A DNA stretch of 24,000 bases from Symplocastrum torsivum CPER-KK1. GTDB lineage: Bacteria > Cyanobacteriota > Cyanobacteriia > Cyanobacteriales > Coleofasciculaceae. A model generated the notes under the pieces. It saw only the letters and a list, made by a program, of their open reading frames with translations. It did no database searches and was not told the DNA's origin. Position numbers and translations under genes: made by a program. This document shows, one piece after another, positions 9,313 through 18,770 of this stretch (its first letter is position 1; each line of letters begins with the position of its first letter). Where the stretch lies: contig JAHHIF010000024.1 of assembly GCA_019358875.1 (NCBI GenBank), positions 73,662 through 97,661 on the forward strand, read 5' to 3'.

Positions 9313-10914
9313 CTAGAGCTGTTCAGCACCCGGCTGCCCGTTTTCAACAACAAACGAAGCGAGAGTGCTAATAGTCGCATTCGGGTCAAGGATGGTCGAA
9401 ACCACACGGTAGTCACTCTGCCAGCGCTCGCGAGTGAGGTGACAGCGCACGTAACCCCGAAATGCCCCATCAAAGAACTTGGTGTGAGGATTGTCCGGCA
9501 AAGCCGCCGTTACTGGGGCAATAAACGCCGTTGCGAAGTCAGACGTTATTGAAGTTCCCACAAACTCAGTAGCGACAGTAGGCGAGGCGGGGTTATCGAA
9601 GTCGGCTTTTAGGTCATGTACCCAATTAGAGTGGATATCACCTGTAATTACAACGGGATTGCTGGGTTGCCGCTGTTGGATGAAATCTAAAAGGCGATCG
9701 CGTGCCGCCACATAGCCATCCCACTGATCCATGTTGAACACCTCTGCGCCAGGGCGAGCATCAAAGTCGTACTGCGCCATCATCGTCTGCTGTGCAATGA
9801 CATTCCAGCGTGCATTAGAGTTGTCCAACCCTTGAAACAACCACTGCTCCTGCTCGGAACCCATCATGGTTTGGGATGGCTCTAATGCTCCTGGGCAGCG
9901 TGGCTTAAGGTTGTCATCACAAGGTTGATCGCTGCGGTACTGACGGGTGTCGAGGATGTGAAAATCCGCTAAGTTACCAAAAGCAAGACGCCGATAGAGC
10001 TGCATATTGGGACCATTAGGCAGCGCGAAACTTCGCAAGGGCATGTGTTCGTAGTAAGCTTGGTAAGCATTAGCTCGCCGCTGCGTAAACTCCTGCTGGC
10101 TTTGGTTTTCCTCAGGAATCAAGTTCGCGTAGTTGTTCTCGACTTCATGGTCATCCCAGGTGACGCTCCAAGGGAACGCCGCATGAGCCGCTTGTAAATC
10201 TGGGTCAGTTTTGTACAGGGCGTAGCGATTGCGGTAATCGTCCAAGCTAGTGATTTCGGGACTATTATGGACGCGAATATTACCCGCTTCTGATTGGTAC
10301 TCATTAGGACCATACTCGTAGATGTAGTCGCCCAAGTGAACGACCAAATCGAGGTTTTCCTGAGCCATGTATTTGTACGCCGTGAAATACCCGTGTTCGT
10401 ACATTTGGCAGGAAGCAAAGGCAAAGTTGAGTTGGTTTGTCGGAGTACCTAAAGCGGGAGCGGTGCGCGTCCTACCAATCGGGCTGACTTCGTTACCTGC
10501 CTTGAACTGATACCAGTACCATTGAGCCGACTTGAGTCCACCAAGAACGACGCGGATTGAGTGAGCGAGTTCTGGGGTTGCCATTGCCGTCCCTCGCAGC
10601 ACGACATTTCTCATATTCGGGTCGGTGGCAAGCTGCCACTGTACCGGGACGTTCACTCCTGGCATACCACCGTTTCCATTTAAGGGTTCAGGTGCAAGCC
10701 GTGTCCACAACACGATGCTATCGGGAAGCGGATCACCTGAAGCTATACCGAGTTTGAAGGGATAGTCAGAAAACCTAGGTTGAGCAACAACTCGACGACT
10801 AGGCCATTGAGACGCGAGTACAATCCCTGTTAAAGCTCCAGCGCTCACCAGCAAGCTTCGCCGTCTCAGCCGAGTTGAAAGTAAGCGCTCAAAATGAAAG
10901 CGCTCCATAAGCAC
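9313..10914 (-). CDS. phoD: PhoD-family alkaline phosphatase/phosphodiesterase with Tat-like signal
   Basis: RRRSLLVSAGALTGIVLASQ leader; FKLGIASGDPLPDSIVLWTRLAPEP, HLGDYIYEYG, TWDDHEVENNYA, VVITGDIHSNWVHDLKAD and EFVGTSITSDF are typical of PhoD. Confidence 0.93.
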   Translation of the reverse strand: MLMERFHFERLLSTRLRRRSLLVSAGALTGIVLASQWPSRRVVAQPRFSDYPFKLGIASGDPLPDSIVLWTRLAPEPLNGNGGMPGVNVPVQWQLATDPNMRNVVLRGTAMATPELAHSIRVVLGGLKSAQWYWYQFKAGNEVSPIGRTRTAPALGTPTNQLNFAFASCQMYEHGYFTAYKYMAQENLDLVVHLGDYIYEYGPNEYQSEAGNIRVHNSPEITSLDDYRNRYALYKTDPDLQAAHAAFPWSVTWDDHEVENNYANLIPEENQSQQEFTQRRANAYQAYYEHMPLRSFALPNGPNMQLYRRLAFGNLADFHILDTRQYRSDQPCDDNLKPRCPGALEPSQTMMGSEQEQWLFQGLDNSNARWNVIAQQTMMAQYDFDARPGAEVFNMDQWDGYVAARDRLLDFIQQRQPSNPVVITGDIHSNWVHDLKADFDNPASPTVATEFVGTSITSDFATAFIAPVTAALPDNPHTKFFDGAFRGYVRCHLTRERWQSDYRVVSTILDPNATISTLASFVVENGQPGAEQL

Positions 10915-11276
10915 CCCTCTTGAAATTTTATTGATACCGATAAGTCAAGAGTCAACAAAATCAAACAAGAGTTAAGTAACAAGCTCGATTGGGTTGAGAC
11001 AATCGCCTTGACAGGCAAAACCGAGTTGATTACCCAGTAGCACTACATCAAGGTAAAAAGCCGACAACTTTACTTGGAAACCAACAAGAAGACTATCGGC
11101 TTTACCTACTCGTCTTTTCGGCGACTCTGACTTGTGCAAGATGAACTTAACAATCAGACCTTAACTACTCATCAAGCTTTTGTTAAGAATCACTGATTAT
11201 GCCTTAAGGATGATTATGTCCTGAATGCTTACCAAACCGTTAGTGATTCCGTGCAGCGCGCTTTGTCTTTGTCTAA

Positions 11277-11311
11277 CCGGAAGTTCCTCTGCACGGCTGA
11301 GGAACTTCCGG
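11277..11311. terminator. strong hairpin, possible terminator downstream of the beta-helix gene
   Basis: Perfect 13-bp inverted repeat CCGGAAGTTCCTC-tgcacggct-GAGGAACTTCCGG, 24 bp beyond the beta-helix stop codon. No clear T-run on either side. Confidence 0.45.
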
Positions 11312-11334
11312 AATCACCCCAGCTAAGCTCTCAC

Positions 11335-12219
11335 CTAGGCTAGGAAGGAATTACTGCCAAATCCAGCTAGCTCTGTGCTGCCAGAAATGGGGGCGAGCGC
11401 ATCCAAGCCAGTATTGTTGAGTGCGATTATGGTATTACCAAAGCCCATGTCAATAATCGATTGACTGCCATTGTTGCTGAACAGGCTGTCAGTGATTGTG
11501 ATGGTATTGTTATTACCCTCAATCAAGATTGCTTGACCGTCATTGCCACTGAACAGGCTGTCGCTGATCGTGATGATGTTGTTATCACCGGCAATCTCCA
11601 GCCCATTGTCAGCGTTATCAATCAATCCAACCTGGAATGGACCAATGACGTTGTCGTTAGAGCTGATATCAATTCCATCGTCAGCATTGTTACTGAACAG
11701 GGAATCGAAGAGGAAGACGGTGTTGTCATTGGCAGTGCCATCAAGCTCGAAGCCATCATCCAGATTGTCGCTAAAGGTGCTGTCACTAATCGATACGACA
11801 TTGCCAGCGCCATCAATCTCGAAGCCTTCTTCCCCGTTGTCGGTGGAAGTGACACCATCAAAAGTGACTGTGTTGTTGGTACCCAGGAGATCGAAGCCAT
11901 CATCCGCGTTGCCGCTCAACGTCGTGTTGCTGAGGCTTACCTCGTTACCTGTAGCTGTGGCATCAATATCGAAACCATCCTCAGTACGGCTGTTGCTAAA
12001 GGTGCTGTTGCGAACGGTGACATTGTTGTCACCGCCATCAATCTCAAAGCCTTCTTCGCCGTTGTCGGTGGAAGTGACATCGCTCAGGGTGACAGTGCTA
12101 CTGTCGCCGTTGAGATCGATACCATCACCCGCATTGTTGCTGAAGATGCTGTTTGTCAGAGTCAGGGTAGCATCACTACCAATACTGATACCATCCTGGA
12201 AGTTATTGTCAGTAGCCAT
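11335..12219 (-). CDS. parallel beta-helix repeat protein (right-handed, pectate-lyase-like repeats)
   Basis: Tandem ~25-aa repeats (NNTVTFDGVTSTDNGEEGFEIDGAGNVVSISDSTFSDNLDDGFELDG...). No signal peptide evident. Confidence 0.85.
   Translation of the reverse strand: MATDNNFQDGISIGSDATLTLTNSIFSNNAGDGIDLNGDSSTVTLSDVTSTDNGEEGFEIDGGDNNVTVRNSTFSNSRTEDGFDIDATATGNEVSLSNTTLSGNADDGFDLLGTNNTVTFDGVTSTDNGEEGFEIDGAGNVVSISDSTFSDNLDDGFELDGTANDNTVFLFDSLFSNNADDGIDISSNDNVIGPFQVGLIDNADNGLEIAGDNNIITISDSLFSGNDGQAILIEGNNNTITITDSLFSNNGSQSIIDMGFGNTIIALNNTGLDALAPISGSTELAGFGSNSFLA
11700..12150. repeat. intragenic direct repeats in the beta-helix gene
   Basis: CATCAATCTC(G/A)AAGCCTTCTTC(C/G)CCGTTGTCGGTGGAAGTGACA occurs at about 11811 and again at about 12036, a 225-bp (75-aa) offset. 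Shorter related copies lie around them. Confidence 0.8.
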
Positions 12220-12996
12220 AGGTCAAGTCTTTTCCTTACTTTTGTCGGAAACTCTACAGGTTTAAGCGCGATCAAGCAGAGGCAAACTAAGGATTCAAAA
12301 CAGAATCCAAATCTGTCTCAACAAAGATAGGCAAAACAGTCCTAAGCCAAGTCAGCCGCTTCTTGTAACAACCAGCAGAAGAATGACCCAAATGTGCAAA
12401 ATATGTATCTAGAAGCAAGCCGATCTAGAAGCTTGCTAGCTTTCTAAGATTAAACGCGGTTTTTGTTAACAACCGTTTACATAGTTTTTAATTTAGCGAT
12501 AAGAACTTCTTGAAACTTTTAACCAAAACGTATTTGCGTATATTGATGTATTTTCATACTTTAGATAGAGGCTTTATACAACATGAATTCAACGTAACAC
12601 CAAAAGCCTTGACATCTCGTAGTGATTTGTAGCCTGAATCCCTTATTATTTCGTTGATTGGCTTCTTCCCTTGAACTTACGTTGGTATAAGTAAGGCTCA
12701 AGATAAAAATGAGAAATTAAGTCTCCTATCTTAAGAAAAATAACGGTTTCAGTTTTTTTTACTAAAAGCTTCTGTCCTCTTAATAAAACTTTAAGTTCTT
12801 TCAATGAAGTTCCCCACATCTATTAGTTTTGATTTCTAAATAAGTAGTGAATTCCTTATTGAGAAGGATATTTGTTTAAGTCCCGTTAATCACAAATTAG
12901 TAGAATAATTACTTATACTTAACCAGTTCCGCTGGGTAAGTCCGATAAGCTAGCGTGGAAAAGCCTGATTCAGCCTAGCAAGCCCTTACCTTAGAT

Positions 12997-13680
12997 ATGT
13001 CCAGAATCCTTGATTTGATTGTCTCAGGTGGCCCGGTAATGATACCCATTGTCGGGCTGTCTATTGCGACCTTTGCCTGCGCGTTTGAGCGGGGTTTGTT
13101 TTGGTTCCAGTTGTTGAGACAAGAAGATAGAATTGTCCACGATGTGCTGGATGCGGCACGGGTTGACCTAGATAAAGCTGCTGCTATTGCCTCTCAAGCG
13201 AAGGCACTCCCGATTGGTCGCTACCTACTAGCACCATTAAAGCTCAAGAACCCTACCCCTGAAACCTTTCATCTAGCATTAGAAGCCTCTGGTGACAAAG
13301 AGTTCGTCCGAATGCACAAGGGAGATAAACTTCTAGAAAGTGTGGTTGGCATTGCACCCTTACTGGGTTTGTTGGGTACCGTAACAGGTTTAATTGTCAC
13401 ATTCAATAACCTCAACATTGGCGGTGGTGGTGCTAGTGAGAGTGCAACTAAGGCAGCGGCTGGTATTGGTGAAGCTCTAATCACGACAGCCAGTGGTATG
13501 GTTGTGGCAATCATTGCTTTGTCATTTTTCCGAATTTTCGTTACCTTACAATCGCAGCAAATAGATTATTTTTCGGAAGTTGGTAGCGAATTAGAATTAA
13601 TCTACCGACAAACTTGGTACGAACCCTCTGCTTATAACCAAACGCTCTCTAAGATTGACCGTTCGTTAGCTGATTATTAA
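12997..13680 (+). CDS. exbB: ExbB/TolQ/MotA-family proton channel
   Basis: LLGLLGTVTGLIVTFNNLNIGGGGASESATKAAAGIGEALITTASGMVVAIIALSFF is the canonical TolQ/ExbB signature. Confidence 0.88.
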   Translation: MSRILDLIVSGGPVMIPIVGLSIATFACAFERGLFWFQLLRQEDRIVHDVLDAARVDLDKAAAIASQAKALPIGRYLLAPLKLKNPTPETFHLALEASGDKEFVRMHKGDKLLESVVGIAPLLGLLGTVTGLIVTFNNLNIGGGGASESATKAAAGIGEALITTASGMVVAIIALSFFRIFVTLQSQQIDYFSEVGSELELIYRQTWYEPSAYNQTLSKIDRSLADY

Positions 13681-13728
13681 GTTTTTAGAGTAAATTGAAT
13701 CCTAAAAAGCTAGAATCCCAACTTAAAA

Positions 13729-14142
13729 ATGCGCTTCAAATCTAAGCAGAAAAGCTCACAGATGCCAGAAATTAACCTGGTGCCAATGATGGATGTCATT
13801 ATGACAATTTTGACATTCTTCATCATTGTGTCCATGACTTTAACGAACCAGCAGAATGCGGTTAATGTGACTCTACCTAGCGCCGACAAGGGACTCAGCG
13901 AACAGAAAATACCCGATCCACTGGTTGTGAGTATTAACCAGCAAGGCAAGCTTTTTCTAGGGAAGCAACAGATTACTGAAGCTCAATTAGCTCAACCAAT
14001 GCAAGCTTATTTGCAGCAACACCCAGAAGGAGCAGTGGTTTTAAATGCAGACCGCAAACTACCTTACGAAGAGGTTGTGAAGGTTCTAGGAAAAATGCGG
14101 GATATCGGAGGCGATCGTGTTTCTCTGGCAATTGAAAGCTAA
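13729..14142 (+). CDS. exbD: ExbD/TolR-family biopolymer transport protein
   Basis: MPEINLVPMMDVIMTILTFFIIVSMTL with periplasmic domain ...VVLNADRKLPYEEVVKVLGKMRDIGGDRVSLAIE. Directly downstream of exbB. Confidence 0.9.
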   Translation: MRFKSKQKSSQMPEINLVPMMDVIMTILTFFIIVSMTLTNQQNAVNVTLPSADKGLSEQKIPDPLVVSINQQGKLFLGKQQITEAQLAQPMQAYLQQHPEGAVVLNADRKLPYEEVVKVLGKMRDIGGDRVSLAIES

Positions 14143-14229
14143 CTGAGCAATTACCTTCTGTACCGTGCTTTGCACGATGCCGCTGAACGTGTGGGGAAGC
14201 GATTAGACCTGTTGTTGGAGAGAGAGCGC

Positions 14230-15063
14230 TTAGCCAAAGCGTCCTTCAACGTAGTCACGGGTACGGGGATGACTAGCGGCTGTAAAAATCCGAGGTGTTG
14301 GACCAAATTCAACAATTTGACCGATGCGACTCTCATCCGTACTGAAGAAGGCTGTGTAGTCTGAGACTCTGGATGCCTGTTGCATGTTGTGGGTGACAAT
14401 GGCAATTGTGAGTTCCTCACGAAGTGTCTGGAGTAGCTCTTCAATCTTCATGGTTGCGATCGGGTCAAGAGCTGAACAGGGTTCATCCATTAACAAAACC
14501 TTGGGCTTTACTGCCAAAGCACGGGCAATACACAGCCGCTGTTGTTGACCGCCTGAAAGTCCATGCGCGGATTGATTTAACTTGTCTTTTACTTCTTCCC
14601 AAAGCGCTGCACTACGAATGGCTGATTCTACAATTTCATCTAATTTGGTTTTAGAGTGGTGACCAGTCAGCCTCACACCGTAGGCAACATTATCGTAAAT
14701 GCTCATTGAGAAGGGATTAGGCTTCTGGAATACCATCCCAATGTGACGGCGTAGCCGATTGAGATTAACGCGGCGATTATAGATATCTTGACCAAAAAAT
14801 TCTACCGAGCCTTCAACTCGTACCTTTCCCTCTAGTTCTCCAATCCGGTTGAGAGCTTTGATGAAGGTGGATTTACCACAACCAGAGGGACCAATAATCG
14901 CAGTAACTTGCTTTTGGTAAATGTCTAATGAGATGGATTCTATTGCTTTTTGACTACCGTAGTAGAAGCTTAAGTTTTTGACGCGCAGAGCTGGGGTTAA
15001 GGCTTCATCGTTTTTGGTGGAATCGGGAGTGTTCACCCTTGAATCTTTACTAGTAGGTTGCAT
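14230..15063 (-). CDS. pstB: phosphate ABC transporter ATP-binding protein PstB
   Basis: IGPSGCGKSTFIKALNR, MVFQKPNPFSMSIYDNVAYG, LSGGQQQRLCIARALAVKPKVLLMDEPCSALDPIAT, FGPTPRIF and TRDYVEGRFG. Confidence 0.97.
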   Translation of the reverse strand: MQPTSKDSRVNTPDSTKNDEALTPALRVKNLSFYYGSQKAIESISLDIYQKQVTAIIGPSGCGKSTFIKALNRIGELEGKVRVEGSVEFFGQDIYNRRVNLNRLRRHIGMVFQKPNPFSMSIYDNVAYGVRLTGHHSKTKLDEIVESAIRSAALWEEVKDKLNQSAHGLSGGQQQRLCIARALAVKPKVLLMDEPCSALDPIATMKIEELLQTLREELTIAIVTHNMQQASRVSDYTAFFSTDESRIGQIVEFGPTPRIFTAASHPRTRDYVEGRFG

Positions 15064-15066
15064 AAG

Positions 15067-16053
15067 TTAGCGAAGTTTTAAGCGTTTACGAGTAACTTGG
15101 CGAGACAAAATGCTGCTGAGCAGAACGAGTCCAATCAGAGCAACCGAAGCTGCCCAGGCTAGTTGATTTTGATTTTTGAAGGGTGAACTGGCATACCCGT
15201 AAATTAATACTGATAACGAAGGGGTTGGTGTGAATAATCCTTGAGGCCAAAACTGACTGGATAGGGCGGTGAAGATGAGTGGGGCAGTTTCACCCGCCGC
15301 ACGAGAAACGGCGAGTAAGACACCGGTGGTGATTCCAGGAATGGCTGAAGTGACGACAATGCGGAAGATGGTTTGGAAGCGTCCACCTCCCAAAGCGGCT
15401 GAGGCGAGGCGGTGGTGAGTGGGAACTAGTTTTAAGGCTTCTTCTGTGCTTAGGGCAATAATCGGTAACATGATGACACCGAGAGCAAAGCCACCTGCTA
15501 GAGCAGAAAATCCACCCGTTTGGATTTTGAAGTTTAAAAAGGGAATGGGAATAGTAATTTTGGTGAGGACGATGACAGCGTAGGCGAATACCCCCACAAC
15601 AATGGAAGGAACGCTGCTCAGAATGATGGTGAAAAAGCGAATTACATTTGCGATCGCAGAATTTTTACCAATTTCCGCCAAGAAAATACCCGTCATGACA
15701 CCAAACGGAACACTAAACAGGCAAGCAACCCCCACCATCATTAGAGTTCCAACAATTGCATTAGCAAAGCCATTAGCTCTGTCTTCCACCCCCTCTGGTG
15801 CTGGTAGAGAAACCAGCACTTCCGGTAGCGAAACGGGTACTCCGAAAAGCCGCACCTCGTGCAACTTCATCAGCGCTGGGAAACCTTGACGCAGAATCTC
15901 AAATAAAATCGCAAATATGGGCACTAGTGCTGCTGCTGTAAGAACGAAGGCAAGAACGGTCATCCCACCGCTAAACAACATTCGAGCAACTGGCAGTGGT
16001 TGATAAAGTTCTTGGTCTAAGGATTCGTCAAAAATAGGTTGGTCAGTCGTCAT
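15067..16053 (-). CDS. pstA: phosphate ABC transporter permease PstA
   Basis: Permease with NAIVGTLMMVGVACLFSVPFGVMTGIFLAEIG, SSVPSIVVGVFAY, and VTSAIPGITTGVLLAVSRAAGETAPLIFTA. Located directly upstream of pstB. Confidence 0.95.
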   Translation of the reverse strand: MTTDQPIFDESLDQELYQPLPVARMLFSGGMTVLAFVLTAAALVPIFAILFEILRQGFPALMKLHEVRLFGVPVSLPEVLVSLPAPEGVEDRANGFANAIVGTLMMVGVACLFSVPFGVMTGIFLAEIGKNSAIANVIRFFTIILSSVPSIVVGVFAYAVIVLTKITIPIPFLNFKIQTGGFSALAGGFALGVIMLPIIALSTEEALKLVPTHHRLASAALGGGRFQTIFRIVVTSAIPGITTGVLLAVSRAAGETAPLIFTALSSQFWPQGLFTPTPSLSVLIYGYASSPFKNQNQLAWAASVALIGLVLLSSILSRQVTRKRLKLR

Positions 16054-16090
16054 TATTCATATCCTTTGGGAAACGAAAAGCACTCACCTA

Positions 16091-17140
16091 TTAGCCAAGC
16101 AGCGCCCCTCCACCATCACTCGCTGAGGATAAAGGACTAATTTCGCTTTTCTTACCTCGTCTGCCAATGAGCTGAACCATCACTACGGCAATAATGTTAA
16201 CGACGAGTGTTATGACAAACAAAATCAGGGCTAAGTACATCAATGCCCCGATGTGCAATTTATCCAAAGCTTCTGCAAATTGGTTTGCCAAAATGGCGGG
16301 AATGGTGTAACCAGGAGCTAATACTGAGGGACTGATTTGGATGGAGTTACCAATCACCATCGTTACTGCCATTGTTTCCCCCAAGGCACGCCCCAAGGCG
16401 AGAATAATCGCTCCGACAATTCCTGAACTCCCAGCAGGCAACAAAACCTTCCCAATCGTTTCCCAGCGTGTCGCGCCTAGAGACATGGAAGCACTCCGTA
16501 AATCTTGAGGAATCACGAGTAAGACTTCCCGACTAATAGCAGCAACTGTTGGGAGAATCATAATCGCTAGCACAATTCCAGCAACCAGCATTCCGGGACC
16601 ATAGGGTTCAAAGCTAAACAGAGGAAACCAACCCAACTTGGTAAATAACCACTGCTGGAAGGGTAAAAGGAAGGGAATCAAAACAAAAATTCCCCATAAA
16701 CCAATGATTACGCTGGGGATAGCGGCGATGAGTTCAACCAAGAATCCCAAAGGCGATCGCACCCAGATCGGTAAAAAATCTTCACTGGTAACAATCGCGA
16801 CAGCGAGTCCCGTAGGAACGGCTAGCAAAAGAGCGAGGGCAGAACTCACCAGCGTCCCATAGATGAAAGGCAACGCCCCAAACTTCTCTTGCCCAACATT
16901 CCACGTTTGACTCCATAAAAAACTCAGACCAAATTCTTCAACCGCTGGTCGAGCTTCTTTAAAAATTACCCACGATAACCAGAACAGTACCCCTGCTGTT
17001 GCTACAGTCATCAACCATACCAATCCAGTAAATCCGTACTCTAGCCAGGTTCCTTCCCCTTTCGTGCTAGTAAGGTCTGTGTCAAGGTCTACTATGGGTA
17101 GCTGAGTCCGGTTATCAGCTTGCTTAGAGAAATCAGTCAT
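16091..17140 (-). CDS. pstC: phosphate ABC transporter permease PstC
   Basis: ELIAAIPSVIIGLWGIFVLIP and PAGSSGIVGAIILALGRALGETMAVTMVIGNS. Located upstream of pstA. Confidence 0.95.
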   Translation of the reverse strand: MTDFSKQADNRTQLPIVDLDTDLTSTKGEGTWLEYGFTGLVWLMTVATAGVLFWLSWVIFKEARPAVEEFGLSFLWSQTWNVGQEKFGALPFIYGTLVSSALALLLAVPTGLAVAIVTSEDFLPIWVRSPLGFLVELIAAIPSVIIGLWGIFVLIPFLLPFQQWLFTKLGWFPLFSFEPYGPGMLVAGIVLAIMILPTVAAISREVLLVIPQDLRSASMSLGATRWETIGKVLLPAGSSGIVGAIILALGRALGETMAVTMVIGNSIQISPSVLAPGYTIPAILANQFAEALDKLHIGALMYLALILFVITLVVNIIAVVMVQLIGRRGKKSEISPLSSASDGGGALLG

Positions 17141-17362
17141 CGATCGTTTTACACTACTTCCTTACAGAGCCATACAGAAGATGATGAGAGGACATCCCCG
17201 TACTGGAGATGCCCCCACAACTAAAGCCAAAGTTCAATCGAGGGTTTAGAAGAGAGAAAAGGTAAAAGGATGTTAGATGCTCCCTTTTGTGCCTTAACCC
17301 TTCTCCTTTCGCCCAGAAAGTTCCAAAACTTACCTGTAAAAAGTGAGCTTATCGACACACTT

Positions 17363-18409
17363 CTATCGCGTTACGGCAACGTCACTAGATACAGCTTGGC
17401 TAGCGCGAGTCGCTACGTTTTGTGGAATCCGGGTATAGCCTAAGTCGTCATTTAGTTCTTGACCTTTGGTGAGAATCCACGAGACCATCCGTTTAACCGC
17501 ATCGGCTTTGGCAGGGTCTTCATACTGCTTCTTGATCAGAAGCCAGGTTACACCTGCAATTGGGTAGCCATCAGCGGGGTCTTCTGAACCACTAACGTTG
17601 AATTCGGGGGTAAAGGTTACAGCAGATAAGGCTTTATTGGCTTCAGCCAGGGTTGGAGCAACGTACCGACCCGCCTTGTTCTGCACTAGTGCTTGCACGA
17701 GGTTGTTCTGAGCCGCATAGGCAGATTCTACATAACCGATAGAGCCTGCTGTTTGTTTGACGAGAGCAGCGACACCAGGGTTTCCTTTACCACTAAGGGG
17801 ATTTGCTAACCAAGTTGGAGCTGAACCTGGCTCAATCTTGCTCTTGAATGTTGAACTAATAGCACCCAAATGTTTTGTGAAGATGCTGGTGGTGCCGCTA
17901 CCATCTGAACGGACAGCCAGTCGGATTGGTTGATTCGGTAGGTTTACACCCGGGTTATCAGCCGCAATTCTTGCGTCATTCCAGCGGGTAATTTCGCCCA
18001 TAAATATTGCAGGCAATACCGAGCGAGATAGCTTGAGATTAGTGACACCAGGAAGATTGTAAACAACTGAGACAGCTCCACCAGCGGTAGGAACCAAAAT
18101 TACACCCTTGGTCATCTGGTCGCTATCTTCTTTCTTGGGATATGCATCACTACCAGCAAAGTCAACGGTGTTAGCAATGAATTGCTTGATACCGCCGCCG
18201 CTGCCAATTCCTTCATAATTGACCTGAATATTTGCTTCAGTTTTGAAAGCATCAAAATAACGGTCATAAAGGGGCTTGGGGAACGTTGCTCCAGCACCAT
18301 TTAAAGTAACCGTTTGAGCAATCGCCGCACATACAGAGCCGAATGAAAAAGCAATCGTTGCGGCTGAAACTGTAACAGCACGACGAACAGCTATCGAAGA
18401 GAGAATCAT
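17363..18409 (-). CDS. pstS: phosphate ABC transporter substrate-binding protein PstS
   Basis: LNGAGATFPKPLYDRYFDAF, VNYEGIGSGGGIKQFIANTVDFAGSDA, AVRSDGSGTTSIFTKHL and signal peptide. First gene of the pst cluster. Confidence 0.96.
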   Translation of the reverse strand: MILSSIAVRRAVTVSAATIAFSFGSVCAAIAQTVTLNGAGATFPKPLYDRYFDAFKTEANIQVNYEGIGSGGGIKQFIANTVDFAGSDAYPKKEDSDQMTKGVILVPTAGGAVSVVYNLPGVTNLKLSRSVLPAIFMGEITRWNDARIAADNPGVNLPNQPIRLAVRSDGSGTTSIFTKHLGAISSTFKSKIEPGSAPTWLANPLSGKGNPGVAALVKQTAGSIGYVESAYAAQNNLVQALVQNKAGRYVAPTLAEANKALSAVTFTPEFNVSGSEDPADGYPIAGVTWLLIKKQYEDPAKADAVKRMVSWILTKGQELNDDLGYTRIPQNVATRASQAVSSDVAVTR

Positions 18410-18487
18410 ATTGCCTCGTTCTTAAGCAAAGACAGAGCAGTAATTGTGCAATCCATGATTACACTACAACTGGAATAACTAAGCCAA

Positions 18488-18538
18488 GGTAAGGATAAAA
18501 ATAATTTCAGATTAAACGTATATTAATAAATGGTTAAA
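18488..18538 (-). promoter_or_regulatory. candidate Pho-box array upstream of pstS
   Basis: The minus strand reads TTTAACCA-ttt-ATTAATAT-acg-TTTAATCT-gaa-ATTATTTT-tat-CCTTACCT. These are 8-mers spaced by 3 bp (11-bp period) resembling the cyanobacterial PhoB/SphR direct-repeat box (PyTTAAPyPyT/A). Confidence 0.7.
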
Positions 18539-18770
18539 TCACAAAAAGTAATTAGTTCAATGATTTTTTCGTTAGTATTTTTAGTAACTGCAAAAACATC
18601 CATAACTTTAGTAATATCAAGTAAATTTAGTTTTTAAACCTACCAACGGATAGAGTTAGGATTATTGACTCTATAAGTACAAATTTTAGAGTCTTTGAGG
18701 TTTTCTCAAGGCTCACGAGTAATTAAAACCAGCAATTTTTTAGCTCAACGCCTAACGAGCAACAGCGGTA

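Noticed and set aside
11145-11172. ACTTAACAATCAGACCTTAACT as Pho box downstream of the beta-helix gene
   Set aside because: The TTAAC cores are 14 bp apart, not 11, and no gene start lies suitably downstream.
11700-12150. CRISPR-like periodic repeats
   Set aside because: The repeats are in-frame protein repeats with diverged copies, no constant spacer pattern and no cas genes.
11461-12330. 289-aa ORF on the plus strand (and overlapping 240-aa ORF 11543..12265)
   Set aside because: Antisense shadows of the beta-helix repeats. Their repetitive composition mirrors the real minus-strand gene.
12920-12945. CTTAACCA motif upstream of exbB as a Pho box
   Set aside because: A single unit with no 11-bp-spaced partner; too weak to call.
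17314-17325. CTTAACCC motif between pstC and pstS
   Set aside because: Single copy on the opposite strand to the operon; no repeat partner.
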